This document shows positions 1 to 9,642 of a stretch of DNA of 64,000 nt, one piece after another (the first letter of the stretch is position 1; the number at the start of each line of letters is the position of its first letter). The stretch lies in assembly GCA_963739245.1 (NCBI GenBank), contig CAVTZP010000007.1, positions 119,845-183,844 of the forward strand, read 5' to 3'. A program made the translations under genes and the position numbers. This stretch comes from an uncultured delta proteobacterium. GTDB taxonomy: Bacteria; Chloroflexota; Dehalococcoidia; Dehalococcoidales; BS750m-G39. The notes below the pieces were generated by a model that was given only the letters and a program-made list of their open reading frames with translations, searched no databases and was not told the origin of the DNA.

Positions 1-693
1 TAGCTTATTGCCAGCGGCATCAAAGAGTTCAATCCTATCTGGTGTTAGCATTGCCACCTCAGTATCATCCAAGGGTATCAATTTACTGGTGTGCCCGGAG
101 AAAGCGAGGGCATCGCTTGCAACAAAATAGCCATGGTCACTGGTGCCAATAGCCAAAGGGCTACCTTTTCTAGTGCTGACAATCTTACCTGGGTCTTGAG
201 AGGATATAGCCAGAAAGGCGTAGGAGCCATCAAGCTTCGGCGCTATGGCTAAGACCGCTGCCTCAAGGGAACAGCCTCGTTTCATCTCATCCTCGATAAG
301 ATGTGGGAGCACCTCGCTATCAGTCTCCGAAGTGAAGCGATGCCCGCTATCGACAAGCTGCTGGCGAAGCGCTTGGTAGTTATCAATTATGCCATTGTGA
401 ACCACAGCTACTGTACCGCTACAATCGCAATGGGGGTGGGCATTGGCCGGGGTGACACCACCATGGGTTGCCCAGCGGGTATGCCCGATGGCTATATTAC
501 CCGGGGTCGTCTCCAGCCCATGCTTATTATTGACCTCATCAAGCCTACCTATGTCCTTCTTCACTACTAATTTGCCATCGGCCAGGGCAGCTAAGCCGGC
601 TGAATCATAGCCACGGTATTCAACCCGCTTTAGAGCCTCAAAGACGATTGGGGCGGCTGCTTCCTTACCACAATAGCCAACAATACCACACAT
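1..693 (-). CDS. glmS: glutamine--fructose-6-phosphate aminotransferase, N-terminal part (gene runs off the window start)
   Basis: Reverse translation from ATG (693-691) gives MCGIVGYCGKEAAAPIVFEALKRVEYRGYDSAGLAALADGKLVVKKDIGRLDEVNNKHGLETTPGNIAIGHTRWATHGGVT, the Cys2 class-II glutaminase N-terminus typical of GlmS. The frame stays open to position 1. It is absent from the ORF track because it is truncated. Confidence 0.85.
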   Translation of the reverse strand, partial: MCGIVGYCGKEAAAPIVFEALKRVEYRGYDSAGLAALADGKLVVKKDIGRLDEVNNKHGLETTPGNIAIGHTRWATHGGVTPANAHPHCDCSGTVAVVHNGIIDNYQALRQQLVDSGHRFTSETDSEVLPHLIEDEMKRGCSLEAAVLAIAPKLDGSYAFLAISSQDPGKIVSTRKGSPLAIGTSDHGYFVASDALAFSGHTSKLIPLDDTEVAMLTPDRIELFDAAGNKL

Positions 694-694
694 C

Positions 695-2033
695 TCAGTT
701 CTCCAACTTTCTTAATGCTTGCTGCCTTTTCCCCGGCACTGGCTTGGTTTCATTGGGTAAGACTCGATAGTGGGGCTCAGCGATGACCTTTTTCCCCGCC
801 CCAAGGTCGTGAGCTAGACACACATGAGCGCCAACAAAGGAATCAGGACCGACCCTGACACCGGGCATGAGGCTGGCATTTATCCCCGTTCGGCAGCCCC
901 TGCCGACAATAGCCCCCAATTTATCATATCCCGTATCTATGTTATCGCTGCCAATCTCGATAGCAATCTTAGCCTCATCAAGGCGCAAATTGGCGAGCAC
1001 TGTGCCGGCACCAAAGGAGCAATCATCATCTATCACCGAGTCACCAATATAATTAGAATGGAACCAGCATCGGTCACCAACATAGGAATGCTTTACCTCA
1101 GTGCCATAGCCGATAACACAGTCGTCACCAATCATCGAGTTTCTCAACAGCACATTATTGCCGATAACCGAATTCCGCCCGATATAGCTCGGGCCTCGGA
1201 GCACTGCCCCTTCAAATACTCTGGCATTATCCTCTATGGTCACATTGCCATCAACTACCGCCTTATCTGAAATATGAGCCAGGGGTGATATCTGGCGTGT
1301 CGCCCGGTTTAAAAAATAATCCATGGCACCCAGAATATGCCATGGGTACTTGATAGTCTGCCATGGCCCAGCGTAGACCACGGCTTTCATGCCCAAGCCG
1401 TCCCGAATCATTTGGTCAAGGGCTTTCTCATAAACGTCATCGGCAGCCGATGTGGTTTTAGCTAGATAATCTAGTAGCCTCTTTGGCTCATTGTGAAGAT
1501 GGATAACGATATTTACCAGATTTGAAGGCTCCTCTCTCACTAGTGGTTTCTCAATGATACGGGATATTTCATTATCTTTGTTCACGACTAAATAGCCGCC
1601 GGGAAAGTAGTCCTGGGTATGATAGGCAACAATGATAACCGGAATAACCGCTATTTTTATTGTATTCACTAAGGAGACTAATATAGGCTGAAGCATCAAA
1701 GATGTCATTGGGATTTACCACAATGACGGGTTCACGCCGCAGTGAAGCTGAGGCAGCCATAATGGCATCAGCCATACCCAATGGCTTTTCTTGGACCGCG
1801 AAATCCGCATCTATATCCGGGATGTCGACTATGGCTGATTTAAGGTCAGTAATATTATCCGGATTGGCGACAATGACAAAATGGTTAAGCCCGGCTTCCT
1901 TTGCTCTGTCGATTTGATGAGCAATAAGAGGCTTGCCCGCGAACTTCAGTAGCGACTTGTGCCTGATTATCGGGGACATCCTCTTATTGATGCCACCACA
2001 AAGCAGGATTACCCTCATGTTACTATTTGACAT
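695..2033 (-). pseudogene. GlmU-like bifunctional sugar-1-phosphate nucleotidyltransferase / hexapeptide-repeat acetyltransferase, split by one frameshift
   Basis: ORF 1572-2033 has the nucleotidyltransferase N-terminus (MRVILLCGGINKRM...). ORF 695-1708 continues with the same fold and then left-handed beta-helix hexapeptide repeats (IGRNSVIGNNVLLRNSMIGDDCVIGYGTEV...). The two frames overlap near a T5/A5 run at 1654-1658. The gene is adjacent to glmS. Confidence 0.7.
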
Positions 2034-2141
2034 CTAATCACCAAGCTAAGTAAATTTCTGTCTTATTTTACCACAACATGGCTCAACCTGAAAAATGGTA
2101 TAATTAGCCCAGAAGCGATAAGGATTAGGAACCAGGCTAAA

Positions 2142-2675
2142 GTGCTTGAAGACCTCATCAGTTCCGGTATTGCTAAGGAGCTTATAGTTATCATTATATC
2201 AGCTCTACCAGTGACAGAGCTTCGTGGTGCCTTGCCGGTAGCCATAAACCTATTTGGCATGCCGTGGTACTGGGCTTTGTGCCTGGCTGTTATCGGCAAC
2301 CTGCTGCCGGTGCCTGTCCTGTTATTGGGCTTGGAATCGCTGGCTAAAGCTATTAGCCGTGTAGATACCGGCAAGAGGCTGGTCAACTGGGTCTTCGAGC
2401 GTACCCGGCGCCACGGAACAGTTGTTAAAAAATATGAGCGCATTGGGCTGATGCTATTCGTGGCTATCCCACTCCCACTGACTGGCGCCTGGACAGGGTC
2501 GGTGGCTGCCTTCCTCTTCGGGCTCAAATTCAAACATGCCTTCCTTTCTATCCTCGGTGGGGTAATAATTGCCGGAGTTATTGTTACCTGCCTATGCCTC
2601 CTCGGCTGGCTTGGAGGAGTCATTGCTGGTGTCGGGCTTGCCAGTTTGGCCGTACTCGGACTATGGAGGATATAG
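2142..2675 (+). CDS. small multidrug export-like membrane protein (COG2426/Sm_multidrug_ex type)
   Basis: 177-aa hydrophobic ORF with a GTG start and the LPVTELRGALPVAI motif plus multiple transmembrane segments. The antisense ORF 2063-2743 is judged a shadow ORF. Confidence 0.55.
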   Translation: MLEDLISSGIAKELIVIIISALPVTELRGALPVAINLFGMPWYWALCLAVIGNLLPVPVLLLGLESLAKAISRVDTGKRLVNWVFERTRRHGTVVKKYERIGLMLFVAIPLPLTGAWTGSVAAFLFGLKFKHAFLSILGGVIIAGVIVTCLCLLGWLGGVIAGVGLASLAVLGLWRI

Positions 2676-3832
2676 AGAAAGGGGCCAGGTTGCACAACAT
2701 TATAATTATTGGCGCCGGACCTTCTGGGAGCCGCATTGCCCAAAGGTTAAGCCACCTCGGCTATAGGGTTCTTGTTGTGGAGAAGAATGCCCGCCCTGGT
2801 GATGACATCTGTTGTACTGGTATCCTCAGTCAAGAGTGCCTCAGAGCCTTTGCCCTTGATAACAGCCTCGTCCTGAGACAAGCCAGCTCGGCCAAGTTCT
2901 TTTCCCCATCAGGGAAATGCCTCAGGCTGTGCCGAGAAGCTCCGGTGGCTGCCATTGTCGACCGGGTTCGCCTTGACACTAGCCTAGCAATGAAAGCCCG
3001 GCAAAGTGGTGCCGATTATCTTTTCGGAGCGAGAGTGACCGATATTCTGCCTGAACCTGATGCAGTTAAGGTGAGAATTAATGCTCAGAGACATAAGACA
3101 ACCCTCAAAGCCGAAGCAGTCATCATCGCTACTGGCTTTGGTTCAGCATTCCCCAGAAAGTTAGGCTTGGGGGAGATAAAGCACTTTATCATTGGCGCTC
3201 AGGCTGAAGTAGATATAAACGGAGTCGATGAGGTAGAGGTTTATTTTGACCAGAACTTGGCTCCCGGCGGTTTTGCCTGGCTTGTGCCCACCGCAAACGG
3301 TAAGGGTCTAGCTGGCCTACTCACTCAGCATCAAGCTGATTTCCATCTCAAAGGTTTGCTTGATACTCTATATTGTAAAGGTAAGATAGCCTCCAGTGAG
3401 GCGGCTTTTCGCTATGGTATTATCCCCCTAAGACCTCTGCCCAAAACTTACGCTGACCGAGTTTTGGTGGTTGGTGAGGCGGCTGGGCAGGTAAAGCCAA
3501 CCACCGGCGGGGGCATCTATTATGGGCTTCTATGTGCTGACTTAGCTGCCGAGGTACTTCATCAGGCATTTCTGGCTGGTAATCTCTCAGCTGCAGTCCT
3601 TTCCGCCTATCAAAAGAAATGGCGGGCTAGGTTAAACCGAGAGCTGACCATTGACTATTGGGCACGGGCTTTACTGGCAAAGCTAAGCAACAACCATATA
3701 GACTACCTGTTCCACCTTGCTAGCAAAAAGGGGGTAGCAGAACTTATCGCCACTACCGAAAATTTCTCCTTTGATTGGCACAGCCGGCTCCTTCTCCAGA
3801 TGGCATACTACCTGATGCCCTTTCTAAGTTAG
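2663..3832 (+). CDS. FAD-dependent oxidoreductase, geranylgeranyl reductase family
   Basis: From ATG 2663: MEDIEKGARLHNIIIIGAGPSGSRIAQRLSHLGYRVLVVEK (GxGxxG dinucleotide fold), later VGEAAGQVKPTTGGGIYYG. The start overlaps the stop of the upstream gene. Confidence 0.7.
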   Translation: MEDIEKGARLHNIIIIGAGPSGSRIAQRLSHLGYRVLVVEKNARPGDDICCTGILSQECLRAFALDNSLVLRQASSAKFFSPSGKCLRLCREAPVAAIVDRVRLDTSLAMKARQSGADYLFGARVTDILPEPDAVKVRINAQRHKTTLKAEAVIIATGFGSAFPRKLGLGEIKHFIIGAQAEVDINGVDEVEVYFDQNLAPGGFAWLVPTANGKGLAGLLTQHQADFHLKGLLDTLYCKGKIASSEAAFRYGIIPLRPLPKTYADRVLVVGEAAGQVKPTTGGGIYYGLLCADLAAEVLHQAFLAGNLSAAVLSAYQKKWRARLNRELTIDYWARALLAKLSNNHIDYLFHLASKKGVAELIATTENFSFDWHSRLLLQMAYYLMPFLS

Positions 3833-4191
3833 TCGTGCCATCATCCAGCGCTGCACTAGTTACAGCGACAGGGATTACCCGCCACTGGGTTGACTTCGAT
3901 TTGTAATGTGTTATTGTTCTCGTCGAGCTCCCGAATTGCTTTCAGATAGTCTACTTCAAAGGTATATACCCCTTGGTGCAGAATCACTGGCTCCCAGACA
4001 TAAATATACGCCTGCCCCGGGTCTAATCAGGCTGCTTATTTTCTGATAAGAGCTTGAAAGGAACAGCATATAGCTTGAACGAGCCACTCGTTAATTTTGA
4101 TTAATGTTGGTGAAGTTTGACGCCGACACAATTAAAAATATAGAATATAAATTTAGGCGAGAGCACTATTGCTCGTAAGCCAGATAACGAT

Positions 4192-4401
4192 ATGAAGGGA
4201 TACATCGAAATAGATCAGGAACTATGCAAGGGTTGTGAACTCTGCATGGCGTTTTGCCCCAAGAAGGTCATCTCTGCAGCCACCAAGCTTAACGCTGCTG
4301 GTTATGCGCCGGCGTCTTTTAACAGTAACGGCGAATGCACTGGCTGCGCGGTGTGTGCCGTTGTCTGTCCTGAAGTAGCGATTGAGGTGTACCGTGACTA
4401 A
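4192..4401 (+). CDS. 2-oxoacid:ferredoxin oxidoreductase delta subunit (2x[4Fe-4S] ferredoxin)
   Basis: 69 aa with two CxxCxxCxxxCP motifs (CKGCELCMAFCP, CTGCAVCAVVCP). First gene of the delta-alpha-beta-gamma operon. Confidence 0.8.
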   Translation: MKGYIEIDQELCKGCELCMAFCPKKVISAATKLNAAGYAPASFNSNGECTGCAVCAVVCPEVAIEVYRD

Positions 4402-5464
4402 AGTCCTGATGAATGGCAACAGCGCTATCGGGGAAGCAGCCATCAGGGCGGGCTGTCAATGTTACTTCGGCTACCCTATCACTCCTCAGAATGAACTCAC
4501 TGAGTATATGGCAACCCACCTCAGCCGTCGCAAAGGATGCACCTTTATTCAAGCGGAGAGTGAAATCTCGGCCATCAACATGGTATTTGGCGCCAGTGTG
4601 GCCGGTGCGCGGGCAATGACCTCTTCCTCTAGTCCAGGAATTAGTCTAAAACAGGAGGGCATCTCTTACCTGGCTGCCTGTGAGCTCCCGGCTGTCATCG
4701 TAAATATGTCTCGTGGCGGGCCCGGGCTGGGTAGCATCTCTGCCGCCCAGTCTGATTATTTTCAGGCAACACGTGGTGGCGGTCACGGTGACTATCGCAC
4801 CATTGTTCTGGCGCCTTCGTCAGTGCAGGAGCTTGCTGACCTTACCCACCGCGCCCTTGACCTGGCCGATAAATACCGTATTCCCGTCATTATTCTTGGT
4901 GACGGCATGCTGGGACAGATGATGGAGCCGGTGGAATTCAAGCATGAAGCTCCCGAGGTACCACCAGTCAGGAGCGACGCCCTGAGAGGCGCAAAAGGCA
5001 GACCAAGCAGATTTATTAGGACCTTTACCTCAAACCCGGCAGAGCTGGAAGAGCTCAACTGGAGCCTATTCCGAAGATACCAGCTCATTAAAAAGGAGGA
5101 GACTACCTACGAAACCTTCCTCACCGACGATGCCCGGCTGATTGTTGTCGCCTTCGGTATTGCGGCTCGGATTGCCAAGGGAGCCATAAAGACCTTACGG
5201 GACAGCGGCTTGAAAGTAGGGTTGATGCGGCCAATTACCCTCTGGCCCTTCCCTGATGGGAAAATCCAAGAACTGGCAAAAGCGACAAAGTACTTCCTCG
5301 ACTTTGAAATGAACATGGGCCAGATGCTAGAAGATGTGCAGCTTGCCCTCAAGGGAGAAGGTGAGGTCTCATTTTATGGCAGGCCGGGTGGTGTTATTCC
5401 AACGCCCAGCGAGGTCGCCCGCGTCATCTCACGCCATTACTATCAGAAGGGCTTGAACAGGTAA
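4394..5464 (+). CDS. 2-oxoacid:ferredoxin oxidoreductase alpha subunit (POR/KOR/VOR family)
   Basis: VTKVLMNGNSAIGEAAIRAGCQCYFGYPITPQNE...FIQAESEISAINMVFGASVAGARAMTSSSSPG is a typical OFOR alpha subunit. GTG at 4394 is preceded by GAGGTG; the ORF track alternative is TTG at 4382. Confidence 0.85.
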   Translation: MTKVLMNGNSAIGEAAIRAGCQCYFGYPITPQNELTEYMATHLSRRKGCTFIQAESEISAINMVFGASVAGARAMTSSSSPGISLKQEGISYLAACELPAVIVNMSRGGPGLGSISAAQSDYFQATRGGGHGDYRTIVLAPSSVQELADLTHRALDLADKYRIPVIILGDGMLGQMMEPVEFKHEAPEVPPVRSDALRGAKGRPSRFIRTFTSNPAELEELNWSLFRRYQLIKKEETTYETFLTDDARLIVVAFGIAARIAKGAIKTLRDSGLKVGLMRPITLWPFPDGKIQELAKATKYFLDFEMNMGQMLEDVQLALKGEGEVSFYGRPGGVIPTPSEVARVISRHYYQKGLNR

Positions 5465-6220
5465 ATGAAAAAGGTATACACTCGTCCTAAATCACTGAAA
5501 AGAGCCCCTTTCCATTATTGCCCGGGTTGCGGCCACTCCGTCACTCACCGGCTTATTTGTGAAGTCGTTGACGAATTGGGTATCCAGGAGCGTGTCATTG
5601 GTATACCGCCACCGGGATGCTCCGTGTTTGCCTATTACTATTTTGATGTTGATATGACAGAATCAGCGCACGGGAGGGGGCTGGCCGTCGCCACCGGCAT
5701 CAAACGAGCCTACCCCGAGGCAATTGTATTTACCTACCAGGGCGATGGTGATCTAGCGGCTATCGGCACCGCGGAGACAATCCATGCCGCCAATCGGGGG
5801 GAACGCATCACCGCCATTTTCATCAATAACGCCGTGTACGGAATGACCGGTGGGCAAATGGCACCAACCACACTAACCAACCAGATAACCAGCACCACCC
5901 CCTATGGTCGTGACATCAGGCTGGAGGGCTACCCTATTAAGATCAGCGAAATGCTGGCGCTCACCAAGGGTGCCGTCTATATAGAGCGGGTCGCCGTCAA
6001 TTCTCCAGCAAATATCAGAAAGGCGAAGAAGGCAATCCGTAAAGCCTTCCAAACACAGATTGACGACCTGGGGTTTTCGCTGGTGGAGATACTCTCACCC
6101 TGTCCCACCAACTGGAAAATGACCCCGCTGGAGGCGTGGCAGTGGGTTGACCGAGAAATGGCAAAGGAGTTTCCTCTCGGCGTCATTAAGGACATTACCG
6201 GAGGGGAGAATGCTGATTAA
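5465..6220 (+). CDS. 2-oxoacid:ferredoxin oxidoreductase beta subunit (TPP-binding)
   Basis: FHYCPGCGHSVTHRL... and GDGDLAAIGTAETIHAANRGERITAIFINNAVYGMTGGQ (TPP/Mg motif). Confidence 0.85.
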   Translation: MKKVYTRPKSLKRAPFHYCPGCGHSVTHRLICEVVDELGIQERVIGIPPPGCSVFAYYYFDVDMTESAHGRGLAVATGIKRAYPEAIVFTYQGDGDLAAIGTAETIHAANRGERITAIFINNAVYGMTGGQMAPTTLTNQITSTTPYGRDIRLEGYPIKISEMLALTKGAVYIERVAVNSPANIRKAKKAIRKAFQTQIDDLGFSLVEILSPCPTNWKMTPLEAWQWVDREMAKEFPLGVIKDITGGENAD

Positions 6221-6740
6221 GACTATCTTTGCTGGCTTTGGTGGCCAGGGCGTCCTCTCAATGGGTCTCAACCTGGCGCAGGCAGCAATGGTGGAAGGAA
6301 AGAATGTAACCTATCTACCATCGTATGGCGCCGAGGTCCGCGGCGGTACAGCGAACTGTACGGTAGCCATCTCCGATGAAGATATCGCCTCACCGGTCGC
6401 TTCATCCCCTGAGTTCATCGTGGTAATGAATAAGCCTTCCCTGGTCAAGTTCCAAAACCTTCTGCAATCCGGTGGGGTTCTGTTCATTAATTCCTCGCTG
6501 GTGGACGCTGAAATTACGCGCGGGGATATTGAAGTTATCAGGGTTCCGGCAAACACCATCGCCGAAGAATTGGGAAGCCCGAAGTCAGCGAATATGGTAA
6601 TGCTGGGAGCCTTCATCAAGAAGAGCAATCTCGTTTCTCTAGAGACCGTGATTGAGGAACTCAAGAATGTCCTGAAGAAGAAAAAGAACCTGATTGACAT
6701 CAATACAAAGGCATTGAAAACAGGATATGACCTGTTCTAG
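6210..6740 (+). CDS. 2-oxoacid:ferredoxin oxidoreductase gamma subunit
   Basis: From ATG 6210: MLIKTIFAGFGGQGVLSMGLNLAQAAM...SYGAEVRGGTANCTV. The start overlaps the beta subunit stop (ATGCTGATTAA). Confidence 0.8.
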   Translation: MLIKTIFAGFGGQGVLSMGLNLAQAAMVEGKNVTYLPSYGAEVRGGTANCTVAISDEDIASPVASSPEFIVVMNKPSLVKFQNLLQSGGVLFINSSLVDAEITRGDIEVIRVPANTIAEELGSPKSANMVMLGAFIKKSNLVSLETVIEELKNVLKKKKNLIDINTKALKTGYDLF

Positions 6741-6758
6741 CCGGATGAGGAGCACAAT

Positions 6759-7190
6759 ATGTTTGTCAAACAGATTTCGGTGAGTCTGGAAAATGTACCA
6801 GGAAAACTGCTGGCAATAAGCGAACGCCTGGGGATTGAAGGGATCAATATCAGGGCAATCTCTGTGGCAGATACGTCGGACATCAGTACCGTTAGATTTG
6901 TCACGGATGACGCGAAAAAGACCATTAACGTGTTAAAAAGCCACGGCTACTCCGTCAAAGAGACCGATGTTATTGCCGTAGAAGTACCCGACCATCCTGG
7001 TGGACTACAGGCGATGCTCAAAGCCCTGAAAGCCGCCAATATCAATGTGCTCTACCTCTACCCCTATCTGGGTAGAGGAGAAAGCGGCCAGCCCATTGTT
7101 ATCGTGGGCGTGGACAAGACAGAAGAAGCAATTGAAGTCCTGAAGAGGAACTGGGTTCACACCTTCGGCGAAGAAATATATTCTCTGTGA
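6759..7190 (+). CDS. ACT domain-containing protein (tandem ACT)
   Basis: 143 aa. The sequences MFVKQISVSLENVPGKLLAISERL and VIAVEVPDHPGGLQAMLKALKAANINV fit two ACT-like beta-alpha-beta-beta-alpha-beta units. Confidence 0.6.
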   Translation: MFVKQISVSLENVPGKLLAISERLGIEGINIRAISVADTSDISTVRFVTDDAKKTINVLKSHGYSVKETDVIAVEVPDHPGGLQAMLKALKAANINVLYLYPYLGRGESGQPIVIVGVDKTEEAIEVLKRNWVHTFGEEIYSL

Positions 7191-7345
7191 TGTGGAACAA
7201 TCCTTCATAGCAGATATCGGCCAAAGACCGAACTTGATTAACTAGCTACTTTTCTGCAACTGGTCAAAGTTAACACTATGGCTTTTTGTGCAGTATACGG
7301 TTCTTCTCGCCTGGCGTAATTCCCAATATGTTATAATAGGCAACA

Positions 7346-8503
7346 ATGGACAAAGCAACAATGAAACGCCATGTCAAGATAGTATGCACCCTGGGTCCGG
7401 CCAGCAGTTCTCCCGAAGTTATTGAAAGTATGTTAAAAGGTGGCATGGACATCGCACGCTTTAACTTGGCGTATGGGACACTTCAGGAGCACAGCCAGCT
7501 CATTTCCGAAGTTCGGTCAATCAGTCAAAAGTTAAAACTCCCTGTAGGCATCCTCCTCGATCTTCCCGGACTGAAACGTAGCGGTGGGGATATCAAAGCC
7601 GTTTTCGGTCAGCATCTCGATTTTGCTTTTACGGAGAACGCTGACTTTGTTGCTCTATCCTTCATCTCCTCAGTGCGACAGGTACAAGAGGTTAAGCAGT
7701 TGCTCAGAAAAATGAAGGCTGACATACCGGTCATTGTCAAGATAGAGGAAAGACGGGCTCTAGAAGAAAGTGGAGCCATACTCGAGGCTGGGGAAGGCAT
7801 CATGGTGGCCAGAGGAGACCTAGCCCTCGACATAAGCATCGAGAAGGTGCCAACGGCCCAGAAACATCTGATAACTGAGGCCAATCGCCAGGGAAAGCCG
7901 GTAATTACCGCCACTCAGATGCTTGAGTCGATGGTCCGCTCAGCTACGCCGACGAGGGCAGAGGCCGCTGATGTAGCCAACGCTGTTCTTGATGGCAGTG
8001 ACGCTATAATGCTCTCCGAGGAAACGGCCATTGGTAGTTATCCCGTCAAAACTCTGGAGACAATGGTAAGAATAGTCTTGGAGGCTGAGGCAATGTTCCC
8101 ATATGAGGAAACACTCCGCAGCCGGTGGCAGGATGTTTTACCTGAGGTCAATGACGCTGCCGCCAGAGCCGCCTGCCAGATGGCTTACCAAGTGCAAGCT
8201 AAAGCCATCATAGCGTTTACCAGCAGTGGGATTACGGCCTCAAGGGTATCGAAATATAGACCGTATCATCCTATTCTGGCGGTGACCCCCTCCGCATCAG
8301 TGGTGAGCCGCCTCTCGTTAGCTTGGGGGGTACTACCACTTAAAGAACCTGAGCCAGCAAACCTGGAGGAAGTCTTCGAGTTGGCAAGCAACGCCGCTCT
8401 GGAGACAAATCTCGCTCAGAGAGGCGACCTGATAGTAATTATTGCCGGAATTCCCCTAGCTGTTCCAGGAAGCACTAACTTAGTTAAAATCCACAGTATC
8501 TAA
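7346..8503 (+). CDS. pyk: pyruvate kinase homolog lacking the B (lid) domain
   Basis: KIVCTLGPAS, MDIARFNLAYG, MVARGDLALDISIEKVP, KPVITATQMLESM and PTRAEAADVANAVLDGSDAIMLSEETA match PK A-domain motifs, and the C-domain is present. Only about 35 aa separate LLDLPG from DFVALSF, where about 100 aa of B domain normally sit. Confidence 0.75.
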   Translation: MDKATMKRHVKIVCTLGPASSSPEVIESMLKGGMDIARFNLAYGTLQEHSQLISEVRSISQKLKLPVGILLDLPGLKRSGGDIKAVFGQHLDFAFTENADFVALSFISSVRQVQEVKQLLRKMKADIPVIVKIEERRALEESGAILEAGEGIMVARGDLALDISIEKVPTAQKHLITEANRQGKPVITATQMLESMVRSATPTRAEAADVANAVLDGSDAIMLSEETAIGSYPVKTLETMVRIVLEAEAMFPYEETLRSRWQDVLPEVNDAAARAACQMAYQVQAKAIIAFTSSGITASRVSKYRPYHPILAVTPSASVVSRLSLAWGVLPLKEPEPANLEEVFELASNAALETNLAQRGDLIVIIAGIPLAVPGSTNLVKIHSI

Positions 8504-8545
8504 TTTACACAGTGAACTCAAGCTGCTCAGTTGGAGTACTACGGC

Positions 8546-9637
8546 TTAAGTGGGCACCTCCGCTATCAAGGTTGTCCCCTTATCTGGTGTTGACTTCACT
8601 TCAAGAGTGCCACCCAATAGCCGTGCCCGCTCCTGCATTCCGGCGAGGCCAAGCTTCCCGTTGCGGGGGAGGCCATCTACTCCTTCCGATAAACTAAACC
8701 CCCGACCGTTGTCACTGATGGTCACCTTAACCTTATCTTCGGCGAACTCAACCACCACTTGGGCCTCCGAGGCTTGAGCATGCCTTCGAATATTGTTAAG
8801 TGCCTCTTGAACTATGCGGAACAGCAGCAGTTCAACCTCCGGCGAGAAGCGCCTTCCTCCGCCAAGCACCTTTAGGGCGGTAGCGATGCCATCGGACTCT
8901 TGCAGTCCTTTCAATAATGACCTTACTGCCGGGATTAAACCTAAATCGTCTAGCAGAGATGGGCGCAGATTCTGGATAAAGCGCTGCACACCCAGTACTC
9001 CACGATTGAGCTGGGCCTGCAGGTCCTTAAGAAACAAGACCTCATTGGGAGTAAAACCGTGCTTCTTACGAACGAAATTATCCAGTTGCCGGGAAAGAGA
9101 ACCCAGGATTTGGGCCGTATCATCGTGAAGCTCACGGGCAATGCGCTTGCGTTCCTCTTCTTGAGCTCGAGTAATCTCCTTCAAATATTGGCGTAGATTG
9201 CCCTCGGCACGCTTGCGCTCAGTGATATCTTCTAAGGTCTCTATTGCCCCTATTATTTCCCCATCGTTATCCCTGATAGGACTAGCGGTAAAATAAAGCC
9301 ATTTTCCGTTTTCCCCCAGGGCTTGAAAATAGTCCTCAGCCCCATAGGCACCATCAATCAGGTGGGATTTTTCACATTTACCCTGATAGTATGTTTCAAT
9401 CTCAGCGGCTGAGGCTTCATCCACTATCAAGTCAGCCATAACTGGTCTTTTTTCCGTGTAAAATGCCCGCCATTGCTCGTCGGTTCCGATTATTTCCCCT
9501 CTTTCTATACCGGTAAGGGCTTCAATAGCCGTGTTCCAATAAGTGACTTCATGGTCGTTGTTAATTACAAATGACGCAATAGAAGAGCCGTCAATAATCT
9601 TGGCGAGCATCTCTGAACCTAACAAACCTTGAGCCAT
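8546..9637 (-). CDS. PAS-domain sensor histidine kinase (HisKA_3/NarL-partner type)
   Basis: N-terminal PAS (VTYWNTAIEALTGIERGEIIG), a coiled linker, the H-box ARELHDDTAQIL, and HATPase_c (DNGRGF, GLAGMQERARLLGGTLEV). Confidence 0.8.
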   Translation of the reverse strand: MAQGLLGSEMLAKIIDGSSIASFVINNDHEVTYWNTAIEALTGIERGEIIGTDEQWRAFYTEKRPVMADLIVDEASAAEIETYYQGKCEKSHLIDGAYGAEDYFQALGENGKWLYFTASPIRDNDGEIIGAIETLEDITERKRAEGNLRQYLKEITRAQEEERKRIARELHDDTAQILGSLSRQLDNFVRKKHGFTPNEVLFLKDLQAQLNRGVLGVQRFIQNLRPSLLDDLGLIPAVRSLLKGLQESDGIATALKVLGGGRRFSPEVELLLFRIVQEALNNIRRHAQASEAQVVVEFAEDKVKVTISDNGRGFSLSEGVDGLPRNGKLGLAGMQERARLLGGTLEVKSTPDKGTTLIAEVPT

Positions 9638-9642
9638 AGGTG

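Noticed and set aside
2063-2743. 226-aa minus-strand ORF, and similar long antisense ORFs at 824-1270, 12487-12972, 26855-27274, 57229-57757, 58034-58420 and 63147-63575
   Set aside because: They lie antisense to genes with strong family motifs (GroEL, PNPase, NuoF-like and others). They have low-complexity Ser/Pro/Arg/Ala-rich composition typical of shadow ORFs in GC-rich DNA, and no ribosome-binding sites.
3840-4010. Minus-strand open frame (…YIYVWEPVILHQGVYTFEVDYLKAIRELDENNNTLQIEVNPVAGNPCRCN*) in the gap upstream of the oxidoreductase operon
   Set aside because: It has no start codon or ribosome-binding site, it is preceded by an in-frame TAG, and I recognised no family. It may be a gene remnant but cannot be supported.
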